Assembly (NCBI GenBank): GCA_010909165.1
Contig: VJWM01000118.1
Coordinates: 186,001-250,000 of the forward strand
Direction of reading: 5' to 3'
Length of the DNA stretch: 64,000 nt
Source of the DNA: Anthoceros angustus
Lineage: Eukaryota; Plantae; Anthocerotophyta
Part shown: positions 1 through 13,400 of the stretch, in pieces
Layout: every line of letters begins with the position of its first letter
Position numbering within the stretch: position 1 is the first letter of the stretch
Notes under the pieces: model-generated
The model's input: only the letters and a program-made list of their open reading frames with translations
What the model was told of the DNA's origin: nothing
Databases searched by the model: none
Made by a program: the position numbers and the translations under genes

Positions 1-2018
1 AGCAGTGAACTACCACGATAAAGAAATGTTCGCGATCGTCCCACGACCGAAACTCGAGGCACCACAAGACTTCACATGCCACACCATCATTCACTTCAAC
101 ATTTCTTCGTCACCAACTTGAATGCACGCCAACGACGTCATCATACCTGATTTCAACTTCGACATCCGCTATGTTGCGTGCCCTCGAACGTTGCCGATGC
201 CCTCACGGCACTCATGACAACGCACCGACACCATCCGCTGCACGGAAGCTCCCGCAGACGGTGCTCCTCGTTGTACCAAGAATTACTCTCGATGCGTGCA
301 TGTGTCACCCCACCATGCAAGAGTACACAATCAAGGATGCTTGCTCAGTATAAGAAGGGACGCTTGGTCATCCTTCGCACCACCGACATCAAGAAAGCAA
401 TCCTACATGATCTCCACGATACCCTCGGACATCTCGGCGTGATAAGACATACGCTGGAACATTTTATTGGGATGGCCTCCGAGCGACGCCATCAATCGGG
501 TGCGGCCTTGTACTCTCCCCAATGTGCCAAGACCGACAATCGAAATCGCCAAGTGTTGCTCCCACTACCAATCCTCATTGTAGGTTCAATCCATCTCCAT
601 GGATTTCATTACCACCCGCCTGTGACCAGCCTGAAAGAATGATCTGGCCATGGACCGACTCTCAAGATGTGCCATTTCATCCCCACCACCGACACCATAA
701 AGACCCAAGTTAGTACATATTCCTACGGAAATATTCATCGCATGGTATTCTCACCAAGATTGTCTCCGACCGAGACACCAAGTTCATACCGATTCGAAAT
801 GCTCAGAGTCCCCAAGACGCTTATCATCACCTTGCCATCCCAATCAAATGGGCAAACCGAAAAATGTAACTGGCATCAAGACATGCTTTACACTTCACCC
901 ATGAGAAACAAGGCAACTGGAAATTATGTTACCTTTGCTCGAGTATGCATACAACACCTCAAAGCACGCAATGGGTGGCGCCTTCGCTTCTTTATGGATC
1001 ATGCCCGCCACCTCCCGCCTCCTGACAGACAAATGGGCCAGCAGTAATCGCCGAGGACGTATCATGAGGTTCAAGAAGCCCGCAAGAAACTATCCGCAGC
1101 AGATCGGCATACAAAGTGCGCAACAAACACCGCAGGAAGTGACTTACGGTTAGGCGGAAGGTATGGCCGTATGCGCCCTCAGGTATCCCTCACTCATCCA
1201 TTGAGGGAAGCTCACCTACCGATTCTTTGGACCCTTTGAGATCCTGGCAGATCAATCCGGTGGCATACCACGCCCTTCCGCATGGAAGATGCGCAAGACC
1301 TTCCACGTGCTCGATGCTCAAGCCGATCGTCACCGAGCTCCACACCTGCCAAGACCCAACACCGGTCGGTGGATACCCTCGGTCGAGCGCGCCCGACTCA
1401 ACACGGCCTCCACCAACTCACCGGCCCGGCTCTACGATCGGACTCCAGGCGTCCTTCGCGCCGACTCACCGCACTCGGCGGTCCCTAGCTCCGGCGCTCT
1501 TCAACGGCCGCCGCCACCGCCCGCCGCGGTCGCCCCGATCCGTCGTCAAGCACCGGCGACTCGGCCACATGTGGACCCACGCATCCTCCGGGTTAGATAT
1601 CAGCTTCGCCGCACTGATTGCTTGGTAGGTTGGTCCAAGCGGCCGACGCCCTAGCTACTTGGGAACCCCTACTTTGGTGTCAGCAGTTCCAGCGGCTCAA
1701 TAGCGGCTCCAAGGTGCGGAGGACCAGCCCTCGCTAAGTGGGGAGAATGTCACGAGTGACCACTCGAACCCTCGGTAGCGGGCCGTGGGCGAGACCAGCT
1801 AAGTCCATGGAGGCGGCTTGGACACCCCTCTTTTCAGCGTCCGAGCAGAGGCGGATCTCCAGCACGGACAACAACTCGGCTGCCAGTTCCGTAATAGGCC
1901 ATCTTGGGATAATCACCCGTGGGTAAACCGGTATAAGTAAATAGCCGGTGTAGTTTAGTTTCAACCGTATTAGTTAGGAATACATTCTTGTCACTAGACG
2001 GGACCCCTATATGTACAC
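1..2018 (+). mobile_element. Ty3/Gypsy chromovirus-type LTR retrotransposon, 3' part (RNase H end, integrase, chromodomain-like tail, PPT, 3' LTR), frameshifted
   Basis: Fragments across frames: HDKEMFAIV (RNase H), HDLHDTLGHLG (integrase Zn-binding), HFIPTT, QSNGQTEK, LPLLEYAYNTSKH, GPFEI..INPVAY, a Pro-rich linker, then LVGWS..DALATWE (~1620-1665). The purine tract GGGGAGAA is followed by TGTCAC at 1748. The LTR right end is uncertain (~2000-2020). Confidence 0.85.
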
Positions 2019-2900
2019 ATGATGCAAGATCAACACGGCTTGTTCCGGCTCATTACTTGAGATCGACATTCGATCGAGGCTTGCGATGATAGAGGTTTTA
2101 AGCCATAAAATCATCCTAGCCCTCCATTTCTTCAATGTCAGCTGAGTCCTTTCGTTAACGTCATAATAGTTTACCCCAGCTTTCTCGTGCAAAAACTCAT
2201 CAAATCTTGCACATAAAAATGTTATTATTTAAAGCCATGCTTAACCTGGAAATAAAAACTTAATTTCAGAAAACTGGATCACTTACTATAAACGTGTTTT
2301 GTATAACAAGCCTGAGAGGATATTAGAATCAAGTGTATTCATGTCTTATCACAAACGTAAGACTCAAACACCTCAAAATATTCAGGTGAGCCCACAAAAA
2401 TTACCACAACTGGTTCATTCATCTCTTCGATAGGATAGTTTTTGGCCACCATATTATTATGCTTGATGTCCATCATTAGCACAACACTCCATGCAGGATA
2501 TGGGCGAAAACCCATCCTTACTGTTGTACATGAATAGATGGTTAAAATATGTGAAAATTATCTTGGTCAAGTTAAAACATAAAATTACTTCCATATTTAC
2601 CTTCAATAATCACAGCTCTTTTGTTTCCTTTTTGAGTAGCACATCCCTTTTCCATTATTTCTAATAACTTGTCCACGAATGTCCATCCTACACTTCATAC
2701 ATGCTTGTCATGTTTTGGGAAAGTCTCATGCACTTTCAGGTATGTCAACATGCTTCCAAAGGCGTCCTTCACAAAACACACCTCTACAAGGGGAGTGGCC
2801 ACAACAATCTTGGGCGTGTCAGCAGCATCCGGAGCACGCTTCATTAGCCACGTGATCTCCCTGGCCAAATCCTACCAAATCCCCCTATATTACCTCAGTG

Positions 2901-2941
2901 CAAGCTTCTCTTGACTCGGAGAGAGCACTGGCTAAGCTTCT
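2901..2941. repeat. Left remnant of 32-bp minisatellite (CTTCTCCTGACTCGGAGAGAGCACTGGCTAAG)
   Basis: Just over one unit, matching the array at 21682-21962. It is interrupted exactly at the retroelement edge. Confidence 0.9.
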
Positions 2942-3952
2942 TGTGGCGAGACTTTTCTTGATGGCGGTAAGGCGCGCCACAATCCGTGTCGTTGTAGGAA
3001 GAAGTCCGTTCCCAAAGGGAATGATAGGCTCCGTTTAGCGTTTGGTGATTCTTACGTCCTTAGCGCTCGTTCGGTCTCAACACACACATACTCTAACTAC
3101 TCTAGCGTTCACCGTCTGAGGCCGGTATGGCCAAGCGTTTGAGACCCGTTCGCGTCCGTATCGTTCACATACATCCTCACGCATCGTCCTTTCCTCTCTC
3201 CCTCACGCTACACTCTTGATCTTAGAAAAGGCAGTTCTGATCCGGACCTCCTCGTCGTTCGCGGGCCTCTCCGTCCGGGCTCTACCCTCCGGAGTTCCTC
3301 CGGCTCCACACGTTCGATCCGTTCGGTGCGGCGCGGCTCCGGACGGCGATCACCGATCCTTCCCTGCACACACCACAGCGTTAAGTCCGTCACGGGACCT
3401 TGATCAATCTCCCGGGTATCGTGCACCTTTCGGTGACTCGGGACTCACGTTAGCAAGAAGACTCACAAAGGTGCGCAGCAGCGGCATCAACACCAAGAGA
3501 AAGATGCTTTACTAGGCGGCCTCGGCCCTCTTATCTGCGCCCGGCGTCTTTATTACACCCCTATTACTAGCGGCTCGGTATACCTAATCGGCCGCCTACC
3601 ATCCTATCCCCCCTATCTCCTTCGCCGTGTGGGGAAGGTCACAGGCCCCGCCTCGGAATGGGTGGTCAATCCCCGTCAGCGGTTGTGGTGCACCCAATCG
3701 GATGATCCGTGGCGGGGCCCCTCCTCTCCCGGAATCACAGCCGGGTTGGGCTCTGGCGGTCGACAACCGCCGTTACCACGGCGTCATCCTCCTGGCCCCA
3801 CAGGTCCCGCGGTGGGGCCACCCTATCTGCTCCCCTAAGCGTAAGTCGAAGGGGCTCCTCCTTCTTGCCGCAGGTCCTCGAGGTCTGTCTCGACTCCACG
3901 AACTTGAGTCCGGCTTACTGAGGTCCGGTGGCTAGGTCACCTTGTCTGCAGG

Positions 3953-4075
3953 GTCCGGACCTCGAGTCCGGTTATTCGGTCCGGACTTGAGTCGGACTTA
4001 TTAGTCGGACTTGAGTCGGACTTATTAAGTCCGGACTTGATCCGGCCTCCTCGGGGTCAGGACAAAGTCCGGACT
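3953..4075. repeat. Short tandem GGACTT(G/A)(A/G)GTC(C) array inside the LTR
   Basis: Repeated ~10-12-mers with GTCCGGAC palindromes. A longer version lies at ~15661-15830. Confidence 0.8.
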
Positions 4076-4296
4076 CCACCGGGTTTCCTCCCTCACGGGA
4101 CTCCTCCGTGGCTCTCCTCGAAGTCCTTCCATGTTCCCGATCGCCCGGTGACTCCCGTTGGCCCCTCCTTCCATGGTGAGGTGCGGGTGCTTACCTCGAT
4201 CGCATCCGCTCCTCGTTCTGCTCCTCCGGTTGCTCCTCTCCGCTCCGTCATCTCCAAGCAGGGGCCACTAGGGTCCCTGTCTTTGTCCCGTGGCCT

Positions 4297-7230
4297 TCAT
4301 CTCCAGGCCTTCCGGTCCGTCCGTTTGCGGGTGGTCGAGAGGCTTCTCGCCTTGAGGGGCTCGGCGTGGTAATAGGCAAAGTCAGATCGACTTGTTGAAT
4401 TGCCTCTTCCACGTGTGCGGAGCACCGATACTCCCTCCGCCATAAGTGTTAAAGGGCGTCTTTGCGGCTTGTTGGGCCACCTCTCTGCCCGGTTGTGGTG
4501 GGCGGGCATCACGAGGCTACAAGGCGGCCTCGGTCACCTCCTGCTGTTGCAGCTGCTCACACTCGGCTCCGTCGTTTCCTCTCCATTGCCGGCTTACCGC
4601 CATAGCGCGGCGTTCCCTTCCGCCTTTCTCGGTGGACCGGCTTCTTTTACGCTTCCGGTGCTCGCTCCTCCGTTCATTACGGCCTGCTCTGACTCCCTCT
4701 CAGGCGGTCGGATACCTCCGTCAGGCTCGGACTTCCTCCGGCTCAGCCTTGGCAGCGTCCAACTCCTTGGATAGTCGCGATTTTCCTCCGTCTTGAGACG
4801 CGGGCTCTCTACGTGCTCGAGTCGTGGATTCTCTCGTTGAGAATCACTGCTGCTCAACGCATCTTGGGTTGTAGCTCAGTGTCCTTCATCCTCCATCTGC
4901 CGCCTCTCCTCTACTTCCTGCGGTACTCGGGATCCCTATCTCCCAGTCGCCTCCATCTCCTCCTTCGCCTTGCTGCTCCATGGCACTTTGTCGCGGCCTT
5001 GAGTTAGCCTCGGTGCTGTGACTCTCCACCGGTTCGATCACGTCTGTAGTGATCCGGTCGCTCTTCGACTTTCGCCCGCCGCCTTTGGGCCTCGCCCACT
5101 TGGTTCTGGCCGCCTCCGCCAGTCCAGCTCTCTGCTTGTGCCGGGCCTCTTCCGCCTCTGCTGCGCTTCCCCTCTTGCACAAAGGTCCTCCGCCCGCTTG
5201 GCCTCCAGGCTTGCTTGTTTGTTCGCCTGGTGAAGAACCTTACCAGTCTGCTGAACCGGGCCTCGCGCTCCGCCACCGGCGTTCCCTTCCTCGATCCGGC
5301 GAGGACTCCGCCTTTTCCTTTGCCCCTCGGCCGCCTTCACTTGCTCTTGGGTTCCACCATCCTCCTCGGGTGGCCTCCACTTCCACAGGTCTTCTTGTAC
5401 CACGAGACCCCAAAGCATTCCGTCCATGGCGGTAGCAGGACTTCGTGTTTCTTCCACCGGTGGTGAGGCCCCACAAAGTCCGTAGTGGGGCCGGCATTTC
5501 TCGATCCGCCAAGGACCTCCATACCTTGATCCGGAGTAAGTCGGTGGGTTCTCGGACCTAATCGGGACCCTCGGTCACAGTGGTGAGTCAGTCTCACCCT
5601 CTTTGGCCCTCTTGGCCTCTAACTCCTTTGTGCCCTCTTTCTCCAGGGCTCGGAGGAGGTGAGTCGGGAGCAAGCTCTTTTGCCCCTTCACATCGGGGCA
5701 GGACCCGGCTCGAGGTGGGGGTGCGGTGACCTCCACTCCTTGGGCCACGTCCCTTCTGCCCTCCCCCGCCTCTTGACCTCTTGCCACTCCGTGGGCGGGG
5801 GTAAGTCCGGCACCGAGGTCTTTGCGTTGGTAAGCGGCACCGTCTTCCGCCTCTTGCTCCCTTGAGTTCGTCGGGGCTCGGCCGTCGTGGTTGTTGGCTG
5901 TTCAGCCGGTGCGGGCCGCCAGCGCCCTCCGGCATCGGCTCCCTCACGTCTTGGTGCTCGGAGGGCACCAAAAGGAGGAAGAATCGCCTCCCAAACTTCC
6001 ACAGGTGGTGAGGGGTTCGCTCAGGGAGTCAGGAATCCTCGATCGTCCTCCTCCGAGTCCGCTTGGTCTTGAAGGGCGACCCCCACCTCAGGCGCCCTTG
6101 CACGCTCTACTTGGCGGGGCCTCCGGCCCTTGGGCGCCCGTTCAAGCTCTCCCTCCTTGAGGCTCGAAATGTCCCCATACATGAATCGGTATGGGGTCGG
6201 CCCGATGGCGAGGCTTCGCTCCTTAGCTTAGCTTCGTGCCTCACAGGCGGGCGAAGATAATCCTTCCCGGTCGCTCTCTTCCCATTGGGCGCATGCGAGA
6301 ATACCAGCGAGGTTATCACCAAGGTGATCCACCTTGGTGGCGAGTTCAATGGACAATGATCCGGGCTACCGCCCTTACTCATCCGGCGGATCGGATATCA
6401 ACCATCCGTTGGTTGTCCTGCGTTCGAGCCTCGGCGCATCGCGGCGTGGCGGCCCTATCTTCCTTGCCTTAAGGGCTCGGCACCACGCCCCTTCTTCCTC
6501 CTTGAGGCGGTTGTAGGCCATCCTCGGGACCTCAAGGTCCATCGCCTCGAGTCCTCCGGAGGTTCTTGGATCGGACCTCCTTGTTGATCGCCCGCCCGGC
6601 ATCTTCGGGCAAACTCCGGACTAGGTAGTTGTCAAAGGTCGACCATTTGGAACACGTCCGGATGCCACTCTGCACCAATTCCCTCCTCCGGCGGGGCCCG
6701 GTCCGGATAGCGCGGGTCACAATGTTGCGCTCCACGGTCCATGGCTCCCAGTCGGCTTTTGGGTGCCATTGCTTCTCCTCCTCTTGTTCTTGTAGCTGCT
6801 GGCGGGTCGGCCGATGTTCCTCCGCCGCGTTGTTGCTCCAACCTTGACGGTGCCGCGCTCTGGTGGCGCCCAAAAGATAGCGCGAGCCGGATTGCGGGCG
6901 CAAGGGGCTGTGAGGATTGCGGAGGGCGGCCAGCCTCCTCGGCGCGCTTGTGGAAAGCTGGGCGGAAGGCGCCTCTTCGTTGTCCGTAGCGCAGTGCGCG
7001 GCTTACTCGACCCTCGCTTACTGCGGCCTTACGCCCGCGCGAGCGGGCGTGAATACACCTGCGCGGCCTGCGGCAGGTTCGGTCTGACCTCTGCATGCTC
7101 CACTCGGGGCCGTCCACGTGGCGCCTCTGCGTCCTCACGCCTCCGCTCCTGTTACTTTTCTGGCGTACTTATCCTGTTTTGACACAGGTGGGTTCGGACT
7201 TATCCGTTACTCCGTGGTCGAGCTTGCCAT
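4297..7230 (-). pseudogene. Putative LTR (U3)-embedded ORF of unknown function, frameshifted in this assembly
   Basis: ATG at 7230. Protein-like fragments shared with the other LTR copy: WEPWTVERNIVTRAIRT, AEWHPDVFQMV, EAMDLEVPRMAYNR, DHCPLNSPPRWITLVIT, PPTEWQEVKRR, EDLWKWRPPEED, AAEAEEARHKQR. No continuous ORF in either copy. Confidence 0.5.
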
Positions 7231-7387
7231 AGTGTGCGGGGTCCGTTGTTCACTCCAGTCCGGAGTATACTCCGAGCCTCGTCCGGCTACCCCAATTTAT
7301 TCCTCCTTTTCGCCTTATTTATCCTTCAATCCTAAAAAGCGAAACCCTACTTATTTCTTAACTCCCGAGTGAAGTGCATAGCCCACA

Positions 7388-7399
7388 TACTCCCTTCTC
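7388..7399 (-). other. Polypurine tract (PPT)
   Basis: The minus strand reads GAGAAGGGAGTA immediately before the LTR start TGTGGGC. Confidence 0.8.
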
Positions 7400-7419
7400 A
7401 TCATTGGCGTCTCCAACAC

Positions 7420-10400
7420 TAAACATGATACTTCTTCACCGCCACCCGTTCACCCGAGTGGGCAATCCATCTACATCGTGGTAGGCCGGACCCGTTGTCA
7501 TATACTTGCACCACTTGTACGGACCCATCCATCTCGGTGAAGTTTGCACGGAAAATGCATGTGACTATCATAAAGGAGGCGGGTCCCCTTCCTTTACATA
7601 CTCCCGATTCCATCGGCGATCGTGCCAAATCTTTATTTGGTTTTGCACCATTGCATCTTCAGTGAGCTTCTTCTGTCCTCGTGTCTGAAACCCCAAGTCG
7701 CTCGGTGGCTTTCCTCTTATCGGTCTCCTTCCATCATTACTCGAAAAGTGGGCACTTCAAACTCGGCATTACGGAGAGTGTCAGTAGGTCAAGTAAGGGT
7801 CCGTTGTGTGGTCACCTTCTCTGCTGTCGGGCAGCGGCGGATGGCGACTTGGTATCGATCATGGGCGTAGTTCCTTGAGTTTATTCGATCCTGCAGATGA
7901 GCCCATTTGTCTTCTGTCGGCCATTGGCCTTAGGATTGTAGGGTGCCGTCTTGCGATGATTGATGCGAAATACTCCGTCATAAATCATAATTAAAATGGG
8001 TTCCCCTATCACTTACCTGCTGCAGCGGACATCCGTGCGGGTTATGATGTTCTCGTCGAATTTGGCCACGGTATTTGCGAGTCCGTTCTTGTCGCCACGC
8101 CTCTACCCACAGTGCGATGGTCGTTGCCACGGGATGTATCTCCTTTGTGTGTGTCTTGTCGTAGGTCAATAGGTCCAAAGTCAATACCCCGAAGGTGCGG
8201 TGCCAATATCGGTACTAGCGGCTTGTGTCGTCGGGGTTGGCTTTCCGATCCGGTGACAAGCATCACACTTCTTCTAAGCGGTGGGTGTCCCCATACATTG
8301 TTGGCCACCGGTATCCGCTTCAAAATCTTTTGGTGTGATGTCTTGCGTAGTGTCCTCCCCAATCCTTCGTGCATTCCCGGGGCCGCTCCTCTCTGCCGGT
8401 TGTAAGTACCTTCGTCTACTCCGTCGGCCCTAATTTGAACACACACCTTGTACATTACGAAGGGTCGAGCATAGTGCACGAATGCCTCCCTCATCACAGT
8501 GATTTTGAGCTCCATTCCCAGGTACCGCTCTATTTCTTCGTGGGTCGGACGACCGCGGACCCTCCCTTCTCCGCTAAAATGCAGTTCTCGTAGCTTGGGG
8601 TTGATCGGTGGGCTCCTCCGGTTGTACTTTTCTGCGGCAACCAATGTCTCATCCGGAGCATCTTCACGATCTCTCAACACCTCTGTTTTCAATCGTGGAA
8701 ATCGTTTTGGTCTTTCCCTTGTCTTGTTTCCACTTGACGTGAACTCCTGCGGCAACAATATCCACCTTGCTATCCGTCCGGACAGTCCGCTTATTCACCG
8801 GATGCTTGACGCAAAGTGGTCTACATAGAACACAAACTCCTTTGGGTAGTGTAGTGTCGAATTTCTTGGACATATACCATACCCGGTGCTTGGCTTTCTG
8901 TATGTGTTTCGTTCCGTGGGTGGTATCGTCCGGTAGTATCGGGATAATCCCGCTTGTCGTCGCTCGGCTACTCCGATAGCAAAGCGGACACGTCTACATA
9001 CACATGAAATTTCTTGCTCGATCCGGTCCTCTTAGAACCGTGCGCTTACCAAGGTGTTACATAAATCCCGAAGGCCTCCTCTCGCTCCGTGACGGTCCAA
9101 ACCTCCTCCTTCCGATGTTACATCAACTTAAGCCCTCTTCGCAAAGTCCTTAATAAACCCGGTAGTATCCCACCATTCGAAACCTCTCGGCTCCTTTAGG
9201 TTCGTCGGTGGAGGCGGATGACCGGACCTTGTCTGGTCCACCTCGATTCCCCGACACCCGATCGGCAAGATTCCCTCCGTCATTCCAAAGTAGCATTTCT
9301 CGGGTGTAGGCTCAATTGAGTCTCCGGCGCTCAAGCACCTTCTTAGATGTCCAAGGTGTTTGTCACTGCTCCCCATGCACACAAAATCATCCGGGAATAT
9401 CTCCATGAAGTCCCTCGAAGTCACGGAAGGCGTTGGTCACCATCGCATGAGCGACCACAGCGCTCGGTCATCCCAAAGGCACTTCTCTTGTAGGCAAGCG
9501 TACCCCACTCCGTAGTGAAGGTCGTCTTGTCGGTCCGACTCCCTTAGGTGCAATTGGTTATATCCGGAGTAGCCATCCGAGGAAGGAGTAAGTAGTCGTC
9601 CGACCACCTTGTCCAAAATGTCGTCTGAATGGCATCGGAAGTGGTCCTTCTCCGTTCGGCGTTGAGCTTCCTCCAATCTTGGCATACCGAATTTGTCTGT
9701 TGTTTCTTGGGAACCACCACAATCGTAGCGACCCACTCATTGTTGACGATGGGGAAAATGATGTCTGCCTCCGGTACTTATCAAGGACCTCCTTCACCTT
9801 GATCGAATACTTGGGGTTGAGCTTGTATTGTCGGATTCGGTGGCACCTCACGGCTTCGTCGATCTGCTCTCCCACTTCTTGAATGCCCTTCATGTCCGTG
9901 ACCTTGAGCGAACACCTCAAAACTCCCCCAGCTTTAGTCCTTCCTTGGTCCGGAGGCATGCCTTTCTTAAACTTGAGAATTTGCTGGCGGACCTCCACTT
10001 CTTCCACGTCGTCGGGTTCACCGTCTCCGTTCCGTCTTTTGCTGCGTCCAAACCCCTCGTCCTCCTCTCGGGGATCGTCCTCTCGCATCCCCATTCTCTG
10101 AAGAGCTCGTCGGAGGTGAATCGTGTTACTCCTTGATGTCGCTTTTCCTTGGTCCGACTCTTGTTGTCTCCCCTTGTCTTTGGTCCGACCTCCTCTTCAC
10201 TTCCTTCCTCCGGCCCGTTGTGGCGTTTACTCGAAAACAATCAACCACTTCGCCAAAGGCATCCGTAGTCCATCTCCTCCTCGGACCGGCGGATCTTGGC
10301 GAAAGTCGCCTCCTCGGAACTATCTTGTTCGTCGCCGTGGAGTCCTCCCGAGGTATACCCTGTAGTGCTCACGGTTTCCCAATAGGTGTCCTTGCTCCGG

Positions 10401-13400
10401 TGATAGCAACCCTCCCTTCTACCCTTAGGGTCCCAGTCCACCGGCTTGAAGTGAATCTCCTTCCTTCCAAAGTGTAGCTTATGCAGGCCAACCCAGCCAT
10501 GGCCGACAACACCTCATACCCTAATGGTCCGGCGGTTTGATCACAACAAAATCCGGTTTGTAGGGTGCGCGGCTATGGTGGCCAAGACTCGGTTAACTCC
10601 CCGCGGATCTCTTCTTGACATATACGCCATTCTCGAGTCTTCGTTGAGGTTGAAGGATGTGAAGCCCAATTTTCGTGCCGTGGCGGTGATGAGGTTGACT
10701 CGGACCCGTGTCCAGCAGTACATCCTTGATGATACATCCAATCTCCACTTGTACCACTGGCGCCCCTGGTCGTATGGGACACCACCCTCACTTCCTGTGC
10801 TACCCTTCACGGCTTTGGTGCTCACTTGGGGTTTCCCCTAACGGCCCGACGGACCTCTTGTCGGTATTTGGGTTATCCCTCGGTATCGAAAGGACACAAG
10901 GTCTGCGATTCATCATCGGTCGCCACATTAAAGGCGAGGCTTCTACCCCAATCGAGGATCCTGCTGCGTCCTCATCCTCTCCCCGGGTCACTTGTACGGT
11001 ATTCTCCGGATGCTTGCGCATTTCCTCCTGCAACATCTCGGTCACCTCCGGACTACGTCCGGTGGAAATAACGTCGTCGCGGAGGCACCGTTCCTTCTCA
11101 CATCTGCGGAGAACTTCCTTGGGTAATCCCTCCCGTGAGCCCGTCAGCCCTCCTTCATCGGTCGGATCCTCTGCTTTAGTCCTTCCTTGGTCCGGAGGCA
11201 TGCCTTTCTTAAACTTGAGAATTTGCAGCGGACCTCCACTTCTTCCACGTCGTCCGGGTTCACGTCTCCGTTCCGTCTTTGCCTCTGCGTCAAACCCCTC
11301 GTCCTCCTCTCGGGGATCGTCCTCTCGCATCCCCATTCTCTGAAGAGCTCGTCGGAGGTGAATCGTGTTACTCCTTGATGTCGCTTTTCCTTGGTCCGAC
11401 TCTTGTTGTCTCCCCTTGTCTTGGTCCGACCTCCTCTTCACTTCCTTCCTCCGGCCCGTTGTGGCGTTTACTCAAAACAATCAACCACTTCGCCAAAGGC
11501 ATCCCGCGTAGTCCATCTCCTCCTCGGACCCGGCGGATCTTGGCGAAAGTCGCCTCCTCGGAACTATCTTGTTCGTCGCCGTGGAGTCCTCCGAGGTATA
11601 CCCGGTAGTGCTCACGGTTTCCCACAATAGGTGTCCTTGCTCCGGTGATAGCAACCCTCCCTTCTACTTAGGGTCCCGGCAAGTGAATCTCCTTCCTTCC
11701 AAAGTGTAGCTTATGCAGGCCAACCCAGCCATGGCCGACAACACCTCATACCCTAATGGTCCGGTTTGATCACAACAAAATCCGGTTTGTAGGGTGCGCG
11801 GCTATGGTGGCCAAGACTCGGTTAACTCCCCGCGGATCTCTTCTTGACATATACGCCATTCTCGAGTCTTCGTTGAGGTTGAAGGATGTGAAGCCCAATT
11901 TTCGTGCCGTGGCTTCGGTGATGAGGTTGACTCGGACCCGTGTCCAGCAGTACATCCTTGATGATACATCCAATCTCCACTTGTACCACTGGCGACAGGT
12001 CGTATGGGACACCACCCTCACTTCCATGCTACCCTTCACGGCTTTGGTGCTCCCGTGGGTTTCCCCTAACGGGGACCTCTTGTCGGTATTTGGTTATCCC
12101 TCGGTATCGAAAGGACACAAGGTCTGCGATTCATCATCGGTCGCCACATTAAAGGCGAGGCTTCTACCCCAATCGAGGATCCTGCTGCGTCCTCATCCTC
12201 TCCCCGGGTCACTTAGTGTTACGGTATTCTCCGGATGCTTGCGCATTTCCTCCTGCAACATCTCGGTCACCTCCGGACTACGTCCGTGGAAGCTAACGTC
12301 GGTCGAGGCACGTTCCTTCTCACATCTGTCTGGGAGAACTTCCTTGGTAATCCCTCCGGCTGCCCGTCGCCTCCTTCATCGGTCGGATCCTCTGCTGGTA
12401 TTTCCGTTTGATTGCCTTCCTCGGCGTCGTGGCCTTCCTCGATCTTGTTCTTCTTCAAGCTGGCGCCTTTCTCGTCGCTCCTTCCTTGACTCTGAGACAC
12501 CTCAAGATTTCCCGACTCCCTTCCTTTCGACACCCCGTACCTTCTTGTTCTTTTCCATCTCGCGTACCTGGGAATCTCTTCCCACTCCATGGAGCATCTT
12601 GACTTGCCGTCAGTACGGTCTTAGGAGGTGGCGTTGGTGGTCGAGTTCTCCGCTTGGTGTGGCATATCGTCCGTCCTTGTGCGGGGTTGGGACATAGCGT
12701 CTTGCATATACCCGGCCCTTGCGATCGCCACCGGCTCGAAGTCCCCATTACCACCTCGTTGGAGTGCGGACACGCGTTGGAGTAATGGCGAGATTCGCGG
12801 TTCCAGCAGACCACGGCCGTCGGAGGATACGAAGGGGCTCCCATGCGGTCTTTGCATCGGTGGGGCTCGTTGTATTGGGACCTCCGGTTGGCGGATACAT
12901 GGTTTTGGGATATCGCGGCCCGGAGGGCTTCACATGCACGATAGGCCTCTTCCCATTGCTCCTCGGCCTCCTCCTCGTATTCGTAGTCCACTTGATGCCG
13001 GCCTTGAGGCGGTTGGACTTCGAATGGCCGTGTTCTTGGCACACGGCACACGCGTTGGAGTAATGGCGAGATTCCGCGTTCCAGGACCCACGTCACGGAG
13101 GATACGAAGGGGCTCCCATGCGGTCTTTGCATCGGTGGGGCTCGTTGTATTCGGACCTCCGGTTGGCGGATACATGGTTTTGGGATATCGCGGCCCGGAG
13201 GGCTTCACATGCGATAGGCCTCTTCCCATTGCTCCTCGGCCTCCTCCTCGTAGTCCACTTGATGCAGGCCTTGAGGCGGTTGGACTTCGAATGGCGTGTT
13301 CTTGGCACGGCACACGATGCGTTCGCACCGTGGTCGGTGTTTTCCGCGCTCTCGGTCCTTAACGGTTTATCGCGGTCCTCTACTCTCTTTATCACTTTTC

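Larger units (their letters stand above)
2942..7387 (-). repeat. 3' LTR (~4.45 kb) of the non-chromovirus element
   Basis: Colinear with 14457-21681 along its whole length once internal duplications in that copy are ignored. Bounded by the TSD on one side and the PPT on the other. Confidence 0.9.

Noticed and set aside
11756-12697. 313-aa plus-strand ORF, and similar plus-strand ORFs at 13916-14629 and 15417-16241
   Set aside because: Antisense to gag/protease or produced by GC-rich LTR repeats. The frames are not preserved between duplicated copies.
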